This document shows, in pieces, positions 19,605 to 28,542 of a DNA stretch of 64,000 nucleotides. The stretch's first letter is position 1. The number at the start of each line of letters is the position of its first letter. This DNA comes from Candidatus Ancaeobacter aquaticus (GTDB lineage Bacteria > Auribacterota > Ancaeobacteria > Ancaeobacterales > Ancaeobacteraceae). The notes beneath the pieces were generated by a model. That model searched no databases. It had not been told where the DNA came from and saw only the letters and a list, made by a program, of their open reading frames with translations. Where the stretch lies: positions 1 to 64,000 of the forward strand of contig JAVCCP010000078.1 in the NCBI GenBank assembly GCA_030765405.1. The letters are read 5' to 3'. The translations under genes and the position numbers were made by a program.

Positions 19605-22334
19605 ATGAGTAAATTAAATAGAAAGAAACATAGCGAAAATGGTGTAGCCATGATACTCACTTTGGGTATCCTGACTTTGCTATTAGTCGTGGGTGTTGCA
19701 TTTGTCATGAACATGACATTTGAAATGCGGCTTGCATACCAGTATGAGGCACGGATAAAAGCGCGATTGATCGCCGAAGCCGGTTTGGAGCGTGCCATTG
19801 CCGAACTCCGTGCAAAGGCGAAAGTTAATTCATATGAAGGGCCTAAGGACCCACAAAATGGCTGGGCAAGAGATCCTTGGTTTTATGATAAGTTTCAGGA
19901 GCATACATCTATTTGTAATGATAGCGATGGTAATCCGCTCCCATCATTCTCAAATCTAAATGAATTTGATGGATCAAAAAGAACGGATCCCGAAAAATAT
20001 ACCGAGGAAATACTTATTGAAGATGTAATGGATTCATCTGGGACGACAAAAAAAATGAGTTTTATAGGGAAATCAGTTCTTAAAATTATTGATTGCGCAA
20101 GCATGATATATGTTAACGATGATAATCCAGAGATAGAGGGGATAATGTCACGGCTTTTTGATGATCTGGGTGTTTCAAGCCCGATAACGATTGCGTCAAA
20201 CATCATGACAAAAAGAAATGCTCTTTATGCAATTAATGGTATCGGATTTGTATCTAAAGAACAGATAAAATGGACACCCGGTGTGGGTGACGGCATATAT
20301 GGAGCTATTAAAGATTATATAACCTGTTATGCGTATGTCGATCCTAATACGGTCGATAATACAGGTGCAGATGAGTCTCGTGCCCCGATAAATCTGAATA
20401 CAGCACCAAAGATTCTTTTAAAAGCTGTGCTTGAATGTGACCCCGGGGTGGGATCGGGATATGCTGAATCTTTATCTAACACTATAATAGCTAATCGTAC
20501 GCTTGGTTTCTGGTCAGGGTTTGATTACTGGGTAGATGTTTCAAGCGGTATTGATGCTACAGTAAAACAGCGAGTAAAAGATAATGTAAATCCAAATAAA
20601 GTTAAACCTGAGATAGGCGGCACACCTTATTATTCGACTGAATTTTCATTTAATTCAGGTGGGTTTTATGAAATAGAATCCACCGGTAAGGTTTTTCGGA
20701 GAGTTGGAACGACTGATGTAAAACTTGCCGAACATACGGTATCGGCAATCGTGAGGGTTTATAAGGTATGGAACATAACAAAACAATCACAGTTTGATCA
20801 GTCTACTGAGTATTATCGTGTGACATGGCATGATACATGTCCTACAGATATGACGCAAGACACCGGAGCGGATATGCCTGCTGATTATGATACCATAGAA
20901 GGTTCCGTTAAGCTTGGTTTTTGGGATGATTTTAGTGATAGTGCATATACACAAAAAAACTTTCCGAAGACTGCTGACTATGATGTTGATCCGGGAAAAC
21001 TTAAACACGGCACGCAATGGATCAATGTTTCTTTGAGTTATAAGGGTACTGGTCAATCAGAGGATTCATGGAACTGGCATGATTTTTATGCGCGTATAAA
21101 CTATTACGACTCGACAAGCGGTCCAGAAGGTCCAATTGATGCAAACGCTTGGCTCGGGACAGATGATGTTGGGCAAATTATTTTTAGAGATAATACTACG
21201 GGAAGTTATAGTGCTTTTGCTCGTAGAAATGGGTTAAGATGGATACCGGTAGAATCAGACGCTCTTAAAGCTACAATCGGTGAGTATGCAAGGCAGGTAG
21301 TATGGGAAGAAATTGATCCTATAGAAGGTCATCATGTAAGATGGATAAGAGCTTCTGCCCCTAGCTATTATTTAGGTATTAAAGATGGTGGATATACAAG
21401 GAATCAAGATGATGACAATACGCCAGTTCCTTTGAGTGGAGATCCTACGCATGGAGTCGAACTTATACTTTCAGGGTGCGAGTCGCTGGTCGGTTGGGCT
21501 GCAGAGGCATGGAATGAATACATAAAATGTTATGTATCAAAGTTTCCTAGTAAAGTAGTTTTTAGGCTATCAGAGTCAGGCCCTGACGGGCAAGAAGCAT
21601 TCAGTGGATCTTTATATCCAAAGGGATCATCTTATTTGTATGATTATTCATTTTCTGGGGATAAAACATATAAAATGCTTGTAAGAGATATTACAGGCGC
21701 TACTCCAAGCCAGGGAATAAAACTTCAGGTTATTGATTCGGGAGGCACTCATAATTATCCGCCAACAGCAAAATGCTCTGATGAAGAATTAAATATTGAT
21801 CCTAACAGCAATAATTATACTGGTGTTTTTGGTCTGTATTGTAATTCAGCTCTTCCATCATGGGATGATTTGAGGATAATGTCTACTGACGGTAATTACA
21901 TATCGGTTGAGTTTGATTCGGGCGATCCTGATACTGAGTGGGGTACCATTACCTGTACCAACACATATGTGCAGGACCCTGACGATAAAGATACTAGTGG
22001 GGCTCTCATATACCCAGACGGTATTGTTGATGAGGATGTGACGGCTGATGTGAAAGTGTACGATAGTGGAACACCAACGGGATGGAGTTATGCGGTCGAT
22101 ACGAATACCAAGCCCACCACAACAAAAGGAAACCTTACATTTTACCGAAGTGAAGGAACATGTCAGTCTGTAAATGCAACGGGACAGTACTGTTCTTACA
22201 GAATGTATTTGGAATCAAGAAGACAATACGGGGAAACTGATTATTTATTAAAAACCCCTGTTCTTGAAGATGTAACGGTAACGTATATTCCGCCTAAGGT
22301 TGAGGTGTTCTACACATCCGACATTGATGGATAA
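19605..22334 (+). CDS. Large PilX/GspK-like minor pilin with extended C-terminal beta-rich region
   Basis: SENG|VAMILTLGILTLL (no E5), A...AEAGLERA motif, two HhH-like PGVG motifs, INLNTAP, D/T/S/G/Y/W-rich C-terminus. Confidence 0.75.
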   Translation: MSKLNRKKHSENGVAMILTLGILTLLLVVGVAFVMNMTFEMRLAYQYEARIKARLIAEAGLERAIAELRAKAKVNSYEGPKDPQNGWARDPWFYDKFQEHTSICNDSDGNPLPSFSNLNEFDGSKRTDPEKYTEEILIEDVMDSSGTTKKMSFIGKSVLKIIDCASMIYVNDDNPEIEGIMSRLFDDLGVSSPITIASNIMTKRNALYAINGIGFVSKEQIKWTPGVGDGIYGAIKDYITCYAYVDPNTVDNTGADESRAPINLNTAPKILLKAVLECDPGVGSGYAESLSNTIIANRTLGFWSGFDYWVDVSSGIDATVKQRVKDNVNPNKVKPEIGGTPYYSTEFSFNSGGFYEIESTGKVFRRVGTTDVKLAEHTVSAIVRVYKVWNITKQSQFDQSTEYYRVTWHDTCPTDMTQDTGADMPADYDTIEGSVKLGFWDDFSDSAYTQKNFPKTADYDVDPGKLKHGTQWINVSLSYKGTGQSEDSWNWHDFYARINYYDSTSGPEGPIDANAWLGTDDVGQIIFRDNTTGSYSAFARRNGLRWIPVESDALKATIGEYARQVVWEEIDPIEGHHVRWIRASAPSYYLGIKDGGYTRNQDDDNTPVPLSGDPTHGVELILSGCESLVGWAAEAWNEYIKCYVSKFPSKVVFRLSESGPDGQEAFSGSLYPKGSSYLYDYSFSGDKTYKMLVRDITGATPSQGIKLQVIDSGGTHNYPPTAKCSDEELNIDPNSNNYTGVFGLYCNSALPSWDDLRIMSTDGNYISVEFDSGDPDTEWGTITCTNTYVQDPDDKDTSGALIYPDGIVDEDVTADVKVYDSGTPTGWSYAVDTNTKPTTTKGNLTFYRSEGTCQSVNATGQYCSYRMYLESRRQYGETDYLLKTPVLEDVTVTYIPPKVEVFYTSDIDG

Positions 22335-22493
22335 ACAGCGTATGGGATAGCATCTACCCAGTTTTATTTGTTTTCTGATAAATAGTAAGTTATAAAGGAT
22401 ATTCTGGATAAAGTGTAAAACAAAATTACTTTGTTTTCGTCTAATAAGGTAATGGTTTTACACTTTTATTTTTTGTTTAAATGGATTATAAAT

Positions 22494-23234
22494 ATGCGAT
22501 TAAAATTTATTAGAGTTATAGCAGTATTTGTATTTTTGTTTCTATGTGCTTCATTACACGCGGATGAACGCTATCCTTATATCGGGACAGTAACCGTAAA
22601 AAGTGTGAATGTGCGTGCAAAGCCAAAGATGTCCGGTGAAGTGATGTGCCAGGTGATGAAAGGGCAGGAGGTCACAGTATATAGTGAGAATGATAAGTGG
22701 GCAAAAATAAAACTGCCGGAAAAAGCGTCGGTATGGATATTCGGCTCGTTTGTTAAACGGAACAAGGTAGCCGCAAATACCGCATATGTGCGATCAGCAC
22801 CGGGATATAAATTCACCCCTGTATGTAAGCTTAAAAGAGGTGACAAGGTAAAGATAAAAAGACGTTTAGGTGATTGGCTGCGTGTTGTTCCTCCAAAGGG
22901 GTCCATTGGGTATATGGGTAAGAAGTATGTGAGGTATTACTCTACTGTTAGCGGATATGCCGGTAAGATGCAGCGTGAAAAGGATGGTGAAATTGCATAT
23001 CGTGAGGCCGAACAGTTCCGTGAGAAAATACTCTCAGAAGGAGATGAATTGTGGCGGTATGAAGCTGTACGGAGTAAATATTTTCTTATTGTAGAAAAAT
23101 ATCCTGATATAAAAGAGACATCTTTAGCGCGTGAACGTATAGGTGAACTTAATAAAGAGATCTTCAAATTGCGAGAAATGAAAGAGACAAAAATTACACA
23201 AGATCAAAAATTTAAACATATTCCGCTAAAGTGA
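22494..23234 (+). CDS. Secreted SH3b-domain protein
   Basis: Signal peptide; two bacterial SH3-like repeats (VNVRAKP..W.KI, AYVRSAPG..WLRV); helical C-terminus. Confidence 0.8.
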   Translation: MRLKFIRVIAVFVFLFLCASLHADERYPYIGTVTVKSVNVRAKPKMSGEVMCQVMKGQEVTVYSENDKWAKIKLPEKASVWIFGSFVKRNKVAANTAYVRSAPGYKFTPVCKLKRGDKVKIKRRLGDWLRVVPPKGSIGYMGKKYVRYYSTVSGYAGKMQREKDGEIAYREAEQFREKILSEGDELWRYEAVRSKYFLIVEKYPDIKETSLARERIGELNKEIFKLREMKETKITQDQKFKHIPLK

Positions 23235-23247
23235 TGTATAATGTAAA

Positions 23248-23520
23248 GGTATTGAGAGATAACAGTATGATAAATTTGGAGGCTCAGGTTTGAGTCGTAT
23301 ATAAGGCGTAACGACGCTGACGTACCCTATGCGGTACGTCAAGGAGGAGCAACGAAGTAGACGGCCAAAGATAAGCCTCCCCGAAGGGGCTGGCCAATTT
23401 TGGGCTGTAACTGTGTCACTTATCGCTTGCATATCGCAGGGGATATGCGGTACTCTTCGTTCCTTGTTTCGCTCCAAAATTGGCTCAGCCAAAGTAATCA
23501 TACTGTCATCTCTCAATACC
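23248..23520. mobile_element. MITE-like element with 24-bp terminal inverted repeats containing two inverted core units
   Basis: GGTATTGAGAGATAACAGTATGAT (23248-23271) vs ATCATACTGTCATCTCTCAATACC (23497-23520), 1 mismatch; internal hairpins GACGTACC/GGTACGTC, CCCC-GAA-GGGG, GCATATC/GATATGC, CCAATTTTGG/CCAAAATTGG. Confidence 0.75.
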
Positions 23521-23548
23521 AATTCTAAGACACTAAGGAGAGAATGTA

Positions 23549-24433
23549 ATGTCAGCTCAAATAATTGATGGTAAAAAAATAGCGCAAGAAGTTGTCGATG
23601 AGTTATCATTTGAGATTTCTTCGCTCAAAGAAAAAGGTATTCATCCGGGTATAGCAGTCGTTATTGTCGGAAACAATCCTGCATCTGTCGCATATGTGAA
23701 CATGAAGGAAAAAAGATGCGCGCAGTTAGGGATATATTCCCAGCGGTATGATCTGCCTGAAACAGTGACTGAGGCGGAATTATTAGATCTTATTGATCAG
23801 TTGAATAAGAAAGATGTCATTCACGGAATATTAGTGCAGTTACCGTTACCGAAAAGCATTGATGAGGACAAGATTATTGAGGCAATAGTTCCTGAAAAGG
23901 ATGTTGATTGTTTTCATCCATATAATGTCGGACGCATGTTACTGGGTAAACCGCGGTTTCTTTCTTGCACACCGCATGGTGTACAGGTTCTCTTAGCGAG
24001 AAGCGGTATTGCGATAGAGGGTAAGCATGTGGTGATCGTTGGAAGAAGCAATATAGTGGGTAAACCGCTTGCAGCGATATTGATGCAAAAAGCGCAACAC
24101 GCTAATGCGACAGTGACCGTGTGTCATTCTCGCTCAGTTGATCTCAATAGTATTACGTGTTCAGCGGATATCTTGATCGCCGCTATTGGTAGTCCGTTTT
24201 TTATTACCTCTGATATGATTAAACCGGGTGCAACAGTTATTGATGTCGGTATTAACCGTGTTGACGATCCGTCTTCACCAAAAGGATATAGGTTGGTCGG
24301 TGACGTTGATTATGATAATGTAATAGATGTTGCTCGGGCAATTACCCCTGTTCCAGGTGGAGTAGGACCGATGACAATCGCTATGTTAATGAAAAATACC
24401 GTTGAAGCAGCAAAGCTCATAGAAAAAAGCTAA
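23549..24433 (+). CDS. folD: Bifunctional methylene-THF dehydrogenase/cyclohydrolase
   Basis: IIDGKKIA, YVNMK, GILVQLPLP, KDVDCFHP, GRSNIVGKP, TPVPGGVGPMT. Confidence 0.97.
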   Translation: MSAQIIDGKKIAQEVVDELSFEISSLKEKGIHPGIAVVIVGNNPASVAYVNMKEKRCAQLGIYSQRYDLPETVTEAELLDLIDQLNKKDVIHGILVQLPLPKSIDEDKIIEAIVPEKDVDCFHPYNVGRMLLGKPRFLSCTPHGVQVLLARSGIAIEGKHVVIVGRSNIVGKPLAAILMQKAQHANATVTVCHSRSVDLNSITCSADILIAAIGSPFFITSDMIKPGATVIDVGINRVDDPSSPKGYRLVGDVDYDNVIDVARAITPVPGGVGPMTIAMLMKNTVEAAKLIEKS

Positions 24434-24435
24434 TG

Positions 24436-24544
24436 CACCGCGTAGGTGACACAAGGTGTTTGCATTTCGTTGATCGTTAATCGATCATCGTTGATAGTTT
24501 TTTAGTGCACCGCGTAGGTGACACAAGGTGGCTCCTACGCGGTG
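24436..24544. repeat. Family B half copy (24436-24458), heptamer tract (24467-24501) and full family B palindrome (24508-24544)
   Basis: CACCGCGTAGGTGACACAAGGTG repeated twice; tcgttga tcgttaa tcgatca tcgttga between them. Confidence 0.8.
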
Positions 24545-24634
24545 AGAAGATGGGTGCTATAATTTAAGTTTATAGTATTTTGAATGTATAGTTTTTTCTT
24601 AGAGCTTATAGCTTAAAAAATAGGATTTAAAGTA

Positions 24635-25306
24635 ATGATTATTACGAAATCAAAAAAAATTGAAGATATACTCGAGTTTGTTAAAGAAAAGACAAATATT
24701 TTTATTGTTGGTTGCGGGAGCTGTGCGGCTGCCTGTAAAACCGGCGGTGAAGATGAAGTCATTGCAATGAAAAGTGAGCTTGAGTCACGCGGGAAAAAAG
24801 TGCTTGGATGGATCGTTCCAGATGAAACTTGCCATATACCGCTTACCAAAAAGCTCATTATGGAAAATAAGGATGCATTTAACCAAAGTGAAGCAATTAT
24901 TGTCATGGCGTGCGGAGCCGGTGTGCAGACCGTATCAGTAATAAAAGATGATAAGGAAATATATCCCGCGCTCGATACATTGTTTTTGGGAAACACCAAA
25001 CGTATAGGTGACTTTAGTGAACATTGTTCATTGTGCGGTGAATGTGTTCTTGGCGATACTGCGGCAATTTGTCCGGTAACACGATGTCCAAAAGGTCTGT
25101 TGCATGGACCATGCGGAGGGATGGATGAAGGAAAATGCGAGTTTGATCGGGAAAAAGATTGTGCGTGGGTGCAAATATATGACCGGTTAAAAGCGCTTGG
25201 ACAGCTTGATAAATTAAAGAAAATAAAACCGGCAAAAGATTATTCCAAACACAACAAGCCCGGTGATTTGAATATTGGAAGTAAAGCGAGAAAAAAGATT
25301 TCTTAG
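24635..25306 (+). CDS. metV: MetV-like methylene-THF reductase small subunit (MTHFR C-terminal zinc/Fe-S domain)
   Basis: GCGSCAAAC, CGAGVQ, CSLCGEC...CPVTRCPKGLLHGPCGG...CE...CAW; directly upstream of metF. Confidence 0.85.
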   Translation: MIITKSKKIEDILEFVKEKTNIFIVGCGSCAAACKTGGEDEVIAMKSELESRGKKVLGWIVPDETCHIPLTKKLIMENKDAFNQSEAIIVMACGAGVQTVSVIKDDKEIYPALDTLFLGNTKRIGDFSEHCSLCGECVLGDTAAICPVTRCPKGLLHGPCGGMDEGKCEFDREKDCAWVQIYDRLKALGQLDKLKKIKPAKDYSKHNKPGDLNIGSKARKKIS

Positions 25307-25384
25307 CGCATAGCGTATGGCGTATAGCGGTTAGATTTTGATATATTTCTTAACTATACGCTAAACGCTATGCGCTATACGCTA
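25304..25384. repeat. Inverted-heptamer element without REP insert
   Basis: tagcgca tagcgta tggcgta tagcggt ... tacgcta aacgcta tgcgcta tacgcta; first TAG is the metV stop. Confidence 0.85.
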
Positions 25385-25415
25385 ACAAAGTAACCAGGAA
25401 TTATGAGCGGATAAT

Positions 25416-26297
25416 ATGTCTTTACTAAAAGAAAAACTGAAAAATAACGAGTTTGTCATCACGGCAGAATTGTGTCCTCCTAAAGGTGCTGATATTGGAC
25501 CTTTTAGGGAAAAGGCACGCTATTTGAAGGGTAAAGTTGATGCGGTAAATGTAACTGATAATCAACGGGCGATAATGCGCTTAGGCGCGCTTCCCGCAGC
25601 AATATTCCTCAAGAACGAAGGTGTTGAACCTGTCTATCAGGTAATTTGCCGGGACAAAAACAGGATTGCCATCCAAAGTGACCTTTTAGGTGCTTCAGCA
25701 TTTGGGATTGATAATGTCCTTGCTCTTACCGGGGATATGATCACCAGCGGTGATCATCAAAGCGCAAAACCCGTATTTGATATTGAATCAGTTGAGTTAA
25801 TTAAAATGATCACGTCGCTGAATCAGGGAAGAGACTATAATGGTACAGAACTGAAGGGTGCAACAAACTTTTTTATCGGGACAAGCGTTAATCCCGGATC
25901 AAGTCCCATTGAGCCGGTGCTATTTAAGTTTGAGCAAAAAATTATTGTTGGCGCAGAGTTTTTTCAAACACAAGCGATATTTGAGAACGATAAGCTGGAA
26001 AGCTTTATGGCGCACGCGCGTAATTTTGATACAAAAATAATTGCCGGTATTCTTCTTCTCAAATCTGCTCGTATGGCTCATTTTCTGAATGAAAACGTGC
26101 CCGGAGTAAAAGTTCCTGACCTGTTAATACAGGAGCTTGAAAATGCCGAGAGTCCTATTGAAAAAGGTATAGAAATCGCAGCACGCCAACTGAACGAATT
26201 TAGAAAGGTCACTGACGGTGTGCATATCATGTGTATTGGCAGTGAAGAAAAAACCGTAGATATTATTGAAAAAGCAAAGACGTTACACGCCGAATAG
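25416..26297 (+). CDS. metF: Methylenetetrahydrofolate reductase
   Basis: TAELCPPKG, VNVTDN, CRDKNRIAIQSDL, LALTGD, FFQTQ, GVHIM. Confidence 0.93.
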   Translation: MSLLKEKLKNNEFVITAELCPPKGADIGPFREKARYLKGKVDAVNVTDNQRAIMRLGALPAAIFLKNEGVEPVYQVICRDKNRIAIQSDLLGASAFGIDNVLALTGDMITSGDHQSAKPVFDIESVELIKMITSLNQGRDYNGTELKGATNFFIGTSVNPGSSPIEPVLFKFEQKIIVGAEFFQTQAIFENDKLESFMAHARNFDTKIIAGILLLKSARMAHFLNENVPGVKVPDLLIQELENAESPIEKGIEIAARQLNEFRKVTDGVHIMCIGSEEKTVDIIEKAKTLHAE

Positions 26298-26445
26298 CGA
26301 ATAGCGGGTAGCGTTTAGCGTATAGTTAAGAACAACCAAATCTAAAATTCTAATAATACTGTAGCGCAAGGCTTTAGCCTTGCTTTAACACAGGGCTAAA
26401 GCCCTGCACTACAACTACACGCTAAACGCTATCCGCTATCCGCTA
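26295..26445 (-). repeat. Composite heptamer/REPIN element (REPIN 26361-26412) between convergent genes
   Basis: Reverse-complement homolog of 19414-19562; terminal TAG/CTA are the stop codons of both flanking genes. Confidence 0.85.
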
Positions 26446-27453
26446 AAAAACTTCATTCCACACTTCCGGTGTTTCCATACATAAGGTTATTTTTACCTGT
26501 GGCGCATATTGCCTGATTCTTGCAATAATACTTTTATAGATAGCAATTCTCATCGATTTAAGATATCTCCATTTACCGTCAATGCAGGGAACACACTCAT
26601 TAATAGTGATATCACTTTTGGGAAACCTTTTCCTGATGATCTTTTCGAGTGCTGGCGTGAATCGAAATATGCCAAGAACGACTGATTCGATTCTATCATG
26701 ATTGAGTGACTCCATGAGCTGTTTTATCATGTATGCGTAGTCTTCTTCCCCATTTTGATAGGCAATAATCGGGTCTAATCGCAAACCGATCTGATACCCT
26801 TTCTTTTGACATTCTCGTGCTGCAGAAATGCGTGAAGTGAGTGATGCGGTACGTTTTTCATATTGATCAATTATTGCTTGAGGGGTAAATGTCCACGAGA
26901 GAATTATATTCTTAATGGGAACGATTTTTAAAAGTAGTGCTGTATGGGTACATTTTGTCCGTAGTTCAAGTGTTCCGTTCGGATATCGTGAAAAGAGCTT
27001 AATGAGCTTTTGATTAAAATCTGTAACAGGGTCAAATGCCATACTGTCAGCAAGTTCACCTGTGTAGAAAAACGGTCTTTTTTCACTTTTTAAGACAGTT
27101 TCAACGTCCCGCAATATTTTGTTATGGTTTATGAAAAGAACGGGATAGGCATTATCGCTGTAACATTGCAAAAAACAGTACTGGCAATCATAGAAACAAT
27201 TCTGTGCGTAGACTATATAATATTCTTTCCGTTGTGTGAGCCCATCTAATCTTCGGAACTCTTTAACTGAGTCGCCTCTGAATTGTGCCAGTACAAGGCA
27301 TTTTTTTTCATTGTCGATTGAATCCTGTACAGGAAGGTTTTTGTACGAGGTAATCTGGATGATACGGTTTTTCGGCACGGTTGCTGCGATCCGTTGAACG
27401 TTTTTATTCTTTAATATATTCTTTTCAATAAAAAGTTTGTTAAATGCAGGCAT
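26443..27453 (-). CDS. Spore-photoproduct-lyase-like radical SAM protein
   Basis: NCFYDCQYCFLQ CxxxCxxC, GELADS, LELRTK, LSWT, SRISAA, GLRLDPI, LCME. Confidence 0.8.
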   Translation of the reverse strand: MPAFNKLFIEKNILKNKNVQRIAATVPKNRIIQITSYKNLPVQDSIDNEKKCLVLAQFRGDSVKEFRRLDGLTQRKEYYIVYAQNCFYDCQYCFLQCYSDNAYPVLFINHNKILRDVETVLKSEKRPFFYTGELADSMAFDPVTDFNQKLIKLFSRYPNGTLELRTKCTHTALLLKIVPIKNIILSWTFTPQAIIDQYEKRTASLTSRISAARECQKKGYQIGLRLDPIIAYQNGEEDYAYMIKQLMESLNHDRIESVVLGIFRFTPALEKIIRKRFPKSDITINECVPCIDGKWRYLKSMRIAIYKSIIARIRQYAPQVKITLCMETPEVWNEVF

Positions 27454-27493
27454 ATGTACCTTTTTATCTCGGTTGTTGTTAAAACAACAAAGC

Positions 27494-27575
27494 AGCGCAG
27501 GCTTTTAAATGGTAGCTGCTACCATTTAAAAGCCTGCGCTAAACGCTAAACGCTAAACGCTAAACGCTAAACGCT
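27494..27575. repeat. Perfect 22-bp palindrome followed by (AAACGCT)x5
   Basis: AGCGCAGGCTTTTAAATGGTAG-CTG-CTACCATTTAAAAGCCTGCGCT (27494-27540); five exact heptamers 27541-27575. Confidence 0.9.
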
Positions 27576-28542
27576 ATTTCGCTATTTCCTGTAACAGTTT
27601 TTTGAGTGTGTTACTTTGGCTGTTTAGTTTTTGCAGTATGTCTGTTATATCTTTTTCTGATCTTATTTTATATTCTAATTTCAATGTGTTTCCTTCAAAG
27701 TAGCGGGGAAACGACAAGGTTGCGGAAGGGGGTAAATGAAGCGATTGTATTAATGTGTTACATGTCTTTTCTTTACCTGTTAAATGTGGATAACGAAGTA
27801 TGCGAAGTGTATCAATAAGTTCCTGTGCTTTTTTGCGTCCCGTTAGCTTATTGTTTTTTAATGTATCTGCGATACATTTTGTTTTAGTTATTGATTGAAA
27901 CGAGTCTTTGGTTAGCATGATTTTTAGATCAGTAAGATGTTGGATTAATTCTTTTGTCTCGTTCTGATTTGGTATCCCAAGTGTTTTTATAAGTGATGAA
28001 AAAAAGATCCTGTCATTGTGTCGAAGAGCGGCAATCATATATCCCTGATGAGCGGTCATTACACCTTGAGCAATGAGCAGAGCTAAATCATTCTCGAGTA
28101 TTTGAAGACTGATATAGTCCGAAATAACCTTTTCAGAAGCTGGTATTGAAAGAAGGCGGCTCGTAGCATCTTTTTCGTAGTTGCACAGTGACTGTAACTT
28201 AATAATTGCCCGGGACAACTCTATGGGATTTAATACACGTGAAGAAACATTGTCTGTTATGCTTACAATCAGTGCTTTATCATCGCCCAGTTCATTGTGC
28301 GTATAGACAAAAGCTGAAACGGTCTTTTTTTTAAGTGATTTTAAGGCTTTTATGCGCCTCATCCCGCAGATTATTTTGTATGTGCCGTTTTGTGCCTGAA
28401 TAAGGCGAGGAGGGTTTAAGATTCCTGCGTCTTTTATTGATTCTAAAACGGTCTCTATTGTATCCGGGAAGGTTATGATGTAATCATCAAAATCTTTTCC
28501 TTCAAGCAGAATATTTTTTATGGGCACTTCAACAAGTTTCAT
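27574..28542 (-). CDS. ParB/Srx N-terminal domain protein
   Basis: GILNPPRL, IICGMRRIKAL (GxxRxxA box), DN..R.LNPIE. Confidence 0.8.
   Translation of the reverse strand: MKLVEVPIKNILLEGKDFDDYIITFPDTIETVLESIKDAGILNPPRLIQAQNGTYKIICGMRRIKALKSLKKKTVSAFVYTHNELGDDKALIVSITDNVSSRVLNPIELSRAIIKLQSLCNYEKDATSRLLSIPASEKVISDYISLQILENDLALLIAQGVMTAHQGYMIAALRHNDRIFFSSLIKTLGIPNQNETKELIQHLTDLKIMLTKDSFQSITKTKCIADTLKNNKLTGRKKAQELIDTLRILRYPHLTGKEKTCNTLIQSLHLPPSATLSFPRYFEGNTLKLEYKIRSEKDITDILQKLNSQSNTLKKLLQEIAK

Noticed and set aside
23235..23548. ZTP (pfl) or THF riboswitch upstream of folD
   Set aside because: Conserved CGnGACTGGCG / CGCCTGGG or THF-aptamer motifs not found; region explained by the TIR element
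23226..23609. ORFs 23329..23568 (+) and 23226..23609 (-)
   Set aside because: Both are read through the palindromic MITE-like element
26443..27453. True spore photoproduct lyase (splB)
   Set aside because: Apparent absence of the C141-equivalent cysteine and non-sporulation context; kept as SplB-like without symbol
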